52,025 nucleotides of DNA from Sphyrna mokarran (taxonomy: Eukaryota), in the NCBI GenBank assembly GCA_024679065.1, contig JAGIQG010000016.1, forward strand, positions 5,467,976-5,520,000. Reading direction: 5' to 3'. The notes beneath the pieces were generated by a model. It had not been told where the DNA came from. It searched no databases and was given only the letters and a program-made list of their open reading frames with translations. Within the stretch, counting starts at the first letter, position 1. Every line of letters begins with the position of its first letter. Positions 46,901 through 52,025 of this stretch are shown here, piece by piece. The position numbers and the translations under genes are program-made.

Positions 46901-49900
46901 TAATATACAAAAAACAAAACAAAACAGCACGGGGAAACAGGCCCTTCAGCCCAACGAGCCCACGCCGCCACCCCGATGTTCCCACCTCTACCCGTGATCC
47001 CTGTCCATGTTTATAGATCTATGGATTAAAAATCAAATTTGAGACAATTTAGGGAGAATTTGTTTTGCCAATTAGCCTAAGAGCACATCTTTGGGATGTG
47101 GGAGGAAACCGGAGCACCCGGAGAAAAACCCACGCAAGCACGGGGAGAATGCGCAAACTCCCACAGACACAGGCCCAAATCCATGTATCTGCACAGCACA
47201 GCGATAGTCACTGAGCTGTCGTGTTGCCCATCAAATGGTCCAGGTCAAGCGTACACTAACGACGTGAAGCACTAGGATACTCTCGAAAAAAATCCAAGAG
47301 CAGCCCTCTCACGACCCATCGCGTGTATGCCTTGACAAGAAGGTGGACCAAAGCACCTGTAGGATAAAAACAAGTACATCAATATTATCATCTATTTACA
47401 CATTTATGTGACGGGACCGTACAAAAATTCACATTGGTCCACATTGACACGCAATGTCTGCTTTCATTGGGAAGCAATCTCAGATCCAAAAGGATGAACA
47501 CATTGCCCGTGCCAAAGGCTATCTGGAAATCAGATACACTGTGCTGATCAAGTTCATGGTTCCATCACACACAGAGGAAGTCCCCAGTCCCACCCCTCCC
47601 AGAGGAGTTGGTCGGAGTTGTGTTTACCTGGTTAGTATGGTGGATTCGCCGAGGAACATTGACGTAGGACCCTGCCGAGAGTAGAAAACAGCAGTGAGTG
47701 TGGCGGAGGTTGACACCGATACTGTTTTTCTGCGCTCGCTGTGTTACCGCGTTTGGACAATGTGCTAACCCAATCGCCCATTATTACTGTACCTCCCAGA
47801 ATGTCCAATAACAATCTTCCCCTTTACAAAACACCGGCTCAGAGTATTGAGATCCCTTCTGGGTATCACAATTCAGGAAGGCTTTGGAACTGATCCAGAA
47901 AAAGATTGACGGGAACGGTTCCAGCATCGACGATCTTCCATGATGTGGATACGTTGGAGAAGTTGGATCTTCTCTGCTTGGGTTGGGCCTGCACTCATTG
48001 GAGTTTAGAACAATGAGAGACCTTATTGAGACATACAGGATGAAATTTCTTGTCCCGTCCTCCACGGGGATTGTAGCGGGCGAGACAGAATATTTGGTGC
48101 ACCATACAAAGCTTCCTTGACCTTAGGCAGAGGACTTGGGGCAGAAAATCCCACCCATTCGATTCTCACGGAGTCTGACAGGGTGACTTCCCTGTGCAAG
48201 AGTCTAGGATCAGACAGCATCATCTTGGAGTAAGGAGTTGCCCATTGAAAACATAGATGAGGAGAAATATCTCTTCTTAGAGGATAATGAACCTGTGGAA
48301 TTCTTTACCGCTGTGGGATTTAGAGACTGGGTCACACGGTATACTTCCCCAAGCACAAACATTCACTCACCCCACCGCCAACGCACAGGGGCAACTGTGT
48401 GTACCATCTACAAGATGCACTGCACAAACTTACTGTTCTCCGGAGCAGAGTTATTTGGAGAGTGGCTGGAGAGAATCCTGACTTGCAATTTCTGTCTTGT
48501 ACTTTATTTTGTAGCGTGTTTATTTCGGCGCTCCGTAGCGGGAGGTAGGCGCGGGGGGCTGCAGGGGAGGAAGCGCGGGAGTATAAAAGGAAGGCCAAGG
48601 TAAGACAGCGGGCAGCGTCGGGAGCGGGCAGTGGAGTGAGACGGGAATTAGAGTGAGAACAACAAGGGCTTAAGCTCACTGGGCTTGGGCGAGCGCAGGC
48701 TAGGACGCAGTGAGTAACGTGCTTCTTACCTAATCACCTTTAAAGGGGTATATAAAATGCCACGATACTTGGCCAAACGCGTCCACTGTGTACGCTGCCA
48801 TATGTGGACCTTCTTGGAGNNNNNNNNNNNNNNNNNNNNNNNNNNNNNNNNNNNNNNNNNNNNNNNNNNNNNNNNNNNNNNNNNNNNNNNNNNNNNNNNN
48901 NNNNNNNNNNNNNNNNNNNTAGGATAAAAGGTAAAACTATAAGGAGCATAGAGACGCAGAGAGACTTGGGGGTGCAGGTTCACAAGTCTCTGAAGGTGTC
49001 CTCACAGGTGGAGAAGGTGACAAAGAAGGCGTATAGTATGTTAGCTTTCATAGAAAAGGGTATAGAATATAAGAGTAGGAGTTTGATGTTGCAGTTGTAT
49101 ACAACTTTGGTTAGGCCTCACTTGGAATACTGCGCCCAGTTCTGGTCTCCGTACTATCGGAAGGATGTGGAGTCCTTGGAGAGAGTGCAGAGGAGGTTTA
49201 CCAGGATGCTGCCTGGTATGGAAGGACTGTCCTATGAGGAACGATTAGATAGACTGGGGTTGTTTTCCCTTGAAAGACGTCGGCTTAGAGGGGATCTCAT
49301 AGAGGTGTATAAGATTATAAGGGGTATAGATAGAGTAAATGGAGGTAAACTTTTTCCACCTTTAGAAATGGATAGGACGAGAGGTCATGGCCATAGGGTG
49401 AGGGGGGCTATGTATAGGACGAATATTAGAGGGCAGTTTTTCACACAAAGGGTAGTGGGGGTGTGGAATGCACTGCCGAGTAAGGTGGTGGGAGCAGGCA
49501 CGCTGGGGCTGTTTAAGGGTCTCTTGGACAGCCACATGAGCGGTATGCAGATAGAGGGATATATTAGGACTGTTTAACTACGGCTTTTTTCCACAGGTAA
49601 TTCGGTCCATAATTTGAGCACGCATTCGGCAGGTGGTGCGGGTACAGCTCTTGGATGTTGATTCATGGGTTGCCTGGTACCTCATGTCGTATATGAGTGC
49701 TTTATGTGGACCACCTGAAGGGCACCATGACAGCTCAGAGACTATCGATGTGGCTGTGCAGACACTTGGAATTGGGCCGGTGTCTGCGGGAGTTTGCGCG
49801 TTCTCCCCGTGGTTGCGTGGGTTTTCTCCGGGCACTCCGGTTTCCTCCCACAACCCAAAAATTCGCTCTTAGGCTGATTGGGTAACAAATTGTCCCTATG

Positions 49901-51804
49901 GTGAAAATTTTCCAAATTAGGATTAATATATATATTATTATATAGGAATATTAAAATAGGATAATGTATTTGGTATTACGGTGGCGCGGGCTCGTTGGGC
50001 CGAAGGGCCTGTTTCCCGTGCTGTGTTGCTTAAAAAAAAACTTACCAAGTCTCCTGAGGCAGTACCTTCCAAACCCACAACCGCTTCCATCTGGAAGGAC
50101 AAAGGGAGCAGATTCCTGGGAATGCCACCACTTGGAGGTTCCCCTCCGAGTCACTCGCCATCCCGACTTGGGAATATATCAATTTTCCTTCATTGGGTCA
50201 AAATCCTGGAATCCGCTCCCTAACAGCACAGTGGGTGCACCTTCACTCAGGGGTTCAAGGAGGCAGCCCGCCACCACCTTCTCAAGGGGCAGTGAGTGAT
50301 GGGCAATAAATGCTGGCCCACATCCCATGAGTGCTCCCACAGCTTGGACATTTGTCTCTGAAAGGACCAGTTCAGACTGAAACCAAACTGAGTCGGATAG
50401 ACAAGATAACAGCTGACACACACATCTCTTCCTCTCTCAATCTTTCTATCCCTCTCTCCCTCCTCCTATCTCCATCTCTCTCTCTCTTTCTCTAGCCCTC
50501 TCTTTCTTTATCTCCCTCCCTCCTCTCTTTCTTTCTCTTTCTCTCTCTCTCCCCTCCCTCTTTATCCCCCTTTCTCTCTTTATCCACTTTGCACTGCTTG
50601 TCTCTCCCCTTCCCTCTTTGTCCTTCTCTCTCTATGTCTCTCTTTGTTTCTCTCTTTTTCCATCTCTCTTTTTCTCTCTCTCTCTCTCTATCTCTATCTC
50701 TCACTCTCATTCTCTTTCTTTCTCCTTCTCTCCATCCCCCTTTCAATATCCCTCTTGCTGTTTCTCTCCCTCTATCACTTTCTCTATCTCGATCTCTATT
50801 CTCCCTCTATCCCTTTCTCTCTCTTTTTCTATCACTTTACTCCTCATTCTTCCTCTCTCTACCTATCCCTCTCTCCCCTTCTCTATCCCTCTCTCTTTCT
50901 CTCTCTCTCTCTCCTCCTCTCTATCACTCTCTTTTTCTCTCTTTCCCTCTGTCCCTCTCCTTTTTCCTCTGTTCCTTTTACACTCTCACACTCTCTCTCT
51001 CTATCAGTCTATCTCTATTGCTACCTCTCTCTCTATCCCTCTCTAACTCTCCACTCTCTCTCTTTCTAGCACTCTCACTCTCTGTCTATCTCTTTCTGCA
51101 TTTCTCTCTACCATCTCTCTCTCTCTATCCCTCTTAATGTCTCGATCTATCACTCTCTCTATCTCTATCTCTCTATCCCTTTCTGTCTCTCCCTCTCTCT
51201 CTCTCTCTCTCTTTTTATATATATATATATATTCCTTTATCCCTCACTCTCCTCCTCCCTCTCTCTATCCCTCTGTCTCTCTCCCTTTATTGCTTTCTTT
51301 CTCTCTCTCACTCTCTCTATGTCTCTCGCACTCTCTCTATCTCTCTGGCCCTCTCTAACTCTCCTTCTCTCTGTCTCTCCCCTCTCTCTCTCTATATAAA
51401 TATCTCTGGCCCTTCTAACTCTCTCTCTCTCTCTCTCTCTATATGTCTAGCCCTCTCTAACTCTCCCTCTCTCTGTCTCTTCCTTCTCTCTCTCTATATA
51501 TATATATATCTAGCCCTCTCTAACCCTCCCTCTCTCTATCTTTCCTCTTTATCTCTCTCTATCTCTCTAGCCCTTTCTAACTCTCCCTCTCTGTATCTCT
51601 CCCCTTTCTCTCTCTCTCTGTCTATCTCTCTATCTCTCTCTCTCTATCACCAGGATATTTACAGGATATTATGAATCTTACCAGGTTGCTGGTATTGGTT
51701 GGGCGTGGGCCTTCTGTAAATGATTATCACTGTAGTTATGAGACAGGAGACCCCGATTAAAGCCAGGATAACACCCACAATGAGAGGAGCCTGGGAAGAA
51801 GATT
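43947..51804 (-). CDS. Paralogous ITAM-bearing receptor B, 5'-partial (ectodomain beyond window); complement join(51682-51804,47628-47671,45948-45977,45803-45846,43947-43950)
   Basis: Minus-strand exons read (E)SSSQAPLIVGVILALIGVSCLITTVIIIYRRPTPNQYQQP | GSYVNVPRRIHHTNQ | ISPESQSNYT | SLNLNEQSMYRQLH | R*. Tail exon sizes (44/30/44) and phases are identical to receptor A. Confidence 0.88.
43975..44325 (-). mobile_element. L2-like LINE 3' end
   Basis: Reverse complement reads like F.Q......WNSL.......LK remnants, with tail gctatataaatgcaagttatt. Confidence 0.6.
44325..45515 (+). repeat. 37-bp G-rich minisatellite (~32 copies) derived from L2 ORF2 sequence
   Basis: Unit gggagggttgtaggggctggaggaggttacagagata. 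The reverse strand reads PPYLCNLLQP. Confidence 0.93.
45803..45846 (-). CDS. Receptor B cytoplasmic exon 3 (SLNLNEQSMYRQLH)
   Basis: Minus strand: ttctccccctccccccgcag|agt ctg aat ... cac ag|gcaagg (GC donor), after a 101-nt intron. Confidence 0.87.
45948..45977 (-). CDS. Receptor B cytoplasmic exon 2 (ISPESQSNYT)
   Basis: Minus strand: ttgtattgcag|...tac acg|gtgagt, 30 nt, phase 0-0. Confidence 0.9.
46300..46580 (-). mobile_element. V-SINE, alternative-tail subfamily
   Basis: Near-consensus V core gcagacacggggagaatgtgcagactgcacacagacagtgacccaagcc. Confidence 0.85.
46910..47320 (-). mobile_element. 5'-truncated copy of the V-core-containing CR1 3' UTR (related copies at ~25391-25665 minus and ~30820-30930 plus)
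   Basis: The reverse complement aligns colinearly with 49640-50030. Confidence 0.75.
47628..47671 (-). CDS. Receptor B cytoplasmic exon 1 (GSYVNV)
   Basis: Minus strand: ttttctactctcggcag|gg tcc tac gtc aat gtt ... aac cag|gtaaac, 44 nt. Confidence 0.9.
48520..50030 (+). mobile_element. Probably near full-length CR1 LINE collapsed across a gap (5' UTR, ORF1 start at 48757, gap, ORF2 end at 49577, long 3' UTR)
   Basis: CpG-rich leader with tataaaagg. ATG 48757 starts MPRYLAKRVHCVRCHMWTFLE (CxxCxMW, like the CR1 ORF1 zinc finger). After the 100-N gap the ORF2 C-terminus is uninterrupted. Terminal motif gggccgaagggcctgtttcccgtgctg. Confidence 0.8.
48820..48919. other. Assembly gap (100 N) inside a CR1 element
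   Basis: Run of N between the ORF1 start and the ORF2 end. Confidence 1.
50425..51648 (+). repeat. ~1.2-kb CT-rich polypyrimidine low-complexity tract
   Basis: Almost entirely C/T, with (CT)n and (TA)n islands. Confidence 0.95.
51682..51804 (-). CDS. Receptor B transmembrane exon
   Basis: Minus strand: cctcttctttcag| ... cct g|gtaaga, 123 nt, phase 1-1. Hydrophobic stretch LIVGVILALIGVSCLITTVIIIY followed by RR. Confidence 0.88.
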
Positions 51805-52025
51805 CTGAAAGAAGAGGCGAAGGATTATTACTACTGTCAAACTATTATCGAATGAAATCATTTGCTGCCCTGTTCACCTGTTGAATTTAACCTCGGTGTA
51901 ACACAATGATTGTCAGGTTTATTTAGCAACCCTGAGAGAGCTGTGACACGCTGCAATTGGTTACCAGAAACTTTCAACATGTTACATGGTTATCTGATCA
52001 GATTTGCGGTTCTTTTGCAGTCTCC

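Noticed and set aside
50492-51358. Ser/Leu-rich and Arg/Glu-rich ORFs
   Set aside because: Translations of the CT low-complexity tract.

Overview
Repeat-rich vertebrate DNA, most likely from a shark or ray (HE1/V-SINE-like SINEs, HER1/CR1-like LINEs, Rex1/Babar-like, L2 and Penelope-like fragments), with two assembly gaps. Splicing the exons by hand gives three genes. (1) Receptor A (+ strand, 4063-20581, leader exon not found) is a nectin/PVR-family type I receptor: three Ig domains (V-C-C), an uncharged TM, and a tail built from micro-exons that assembles a YVN (Grb2-type) motif and a canonical ITAM (YMSL-x7-YSEL). (2) A two-exon GPR139/142-like class A GPCR lies on the + strand (27748-32206, 326 aa). 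(3) Receptor B (- strand, 51804 down to 43947) is the TM and cytoplasmic end of a convergent paralog, with the same 44/30/44-nt tail exons, YVNV and ITAM YTSL-x7-YRQL. The ORF track shows neither ITAM intact and misses receptor B entirely. The main candidate novel system is this family of ITAM-bearing nectin-like receptors. Secondary findings are orphan copies of the GPCR upstream module, a CR1 LINE with a V-SINE core in its 3' UTR, palindromic Penelope-type ends with hammerhead-like cores, and TE-derived minisatellites. Repeat boundaries are approximate (tens of bp). Exon boundaries were counted to the base.
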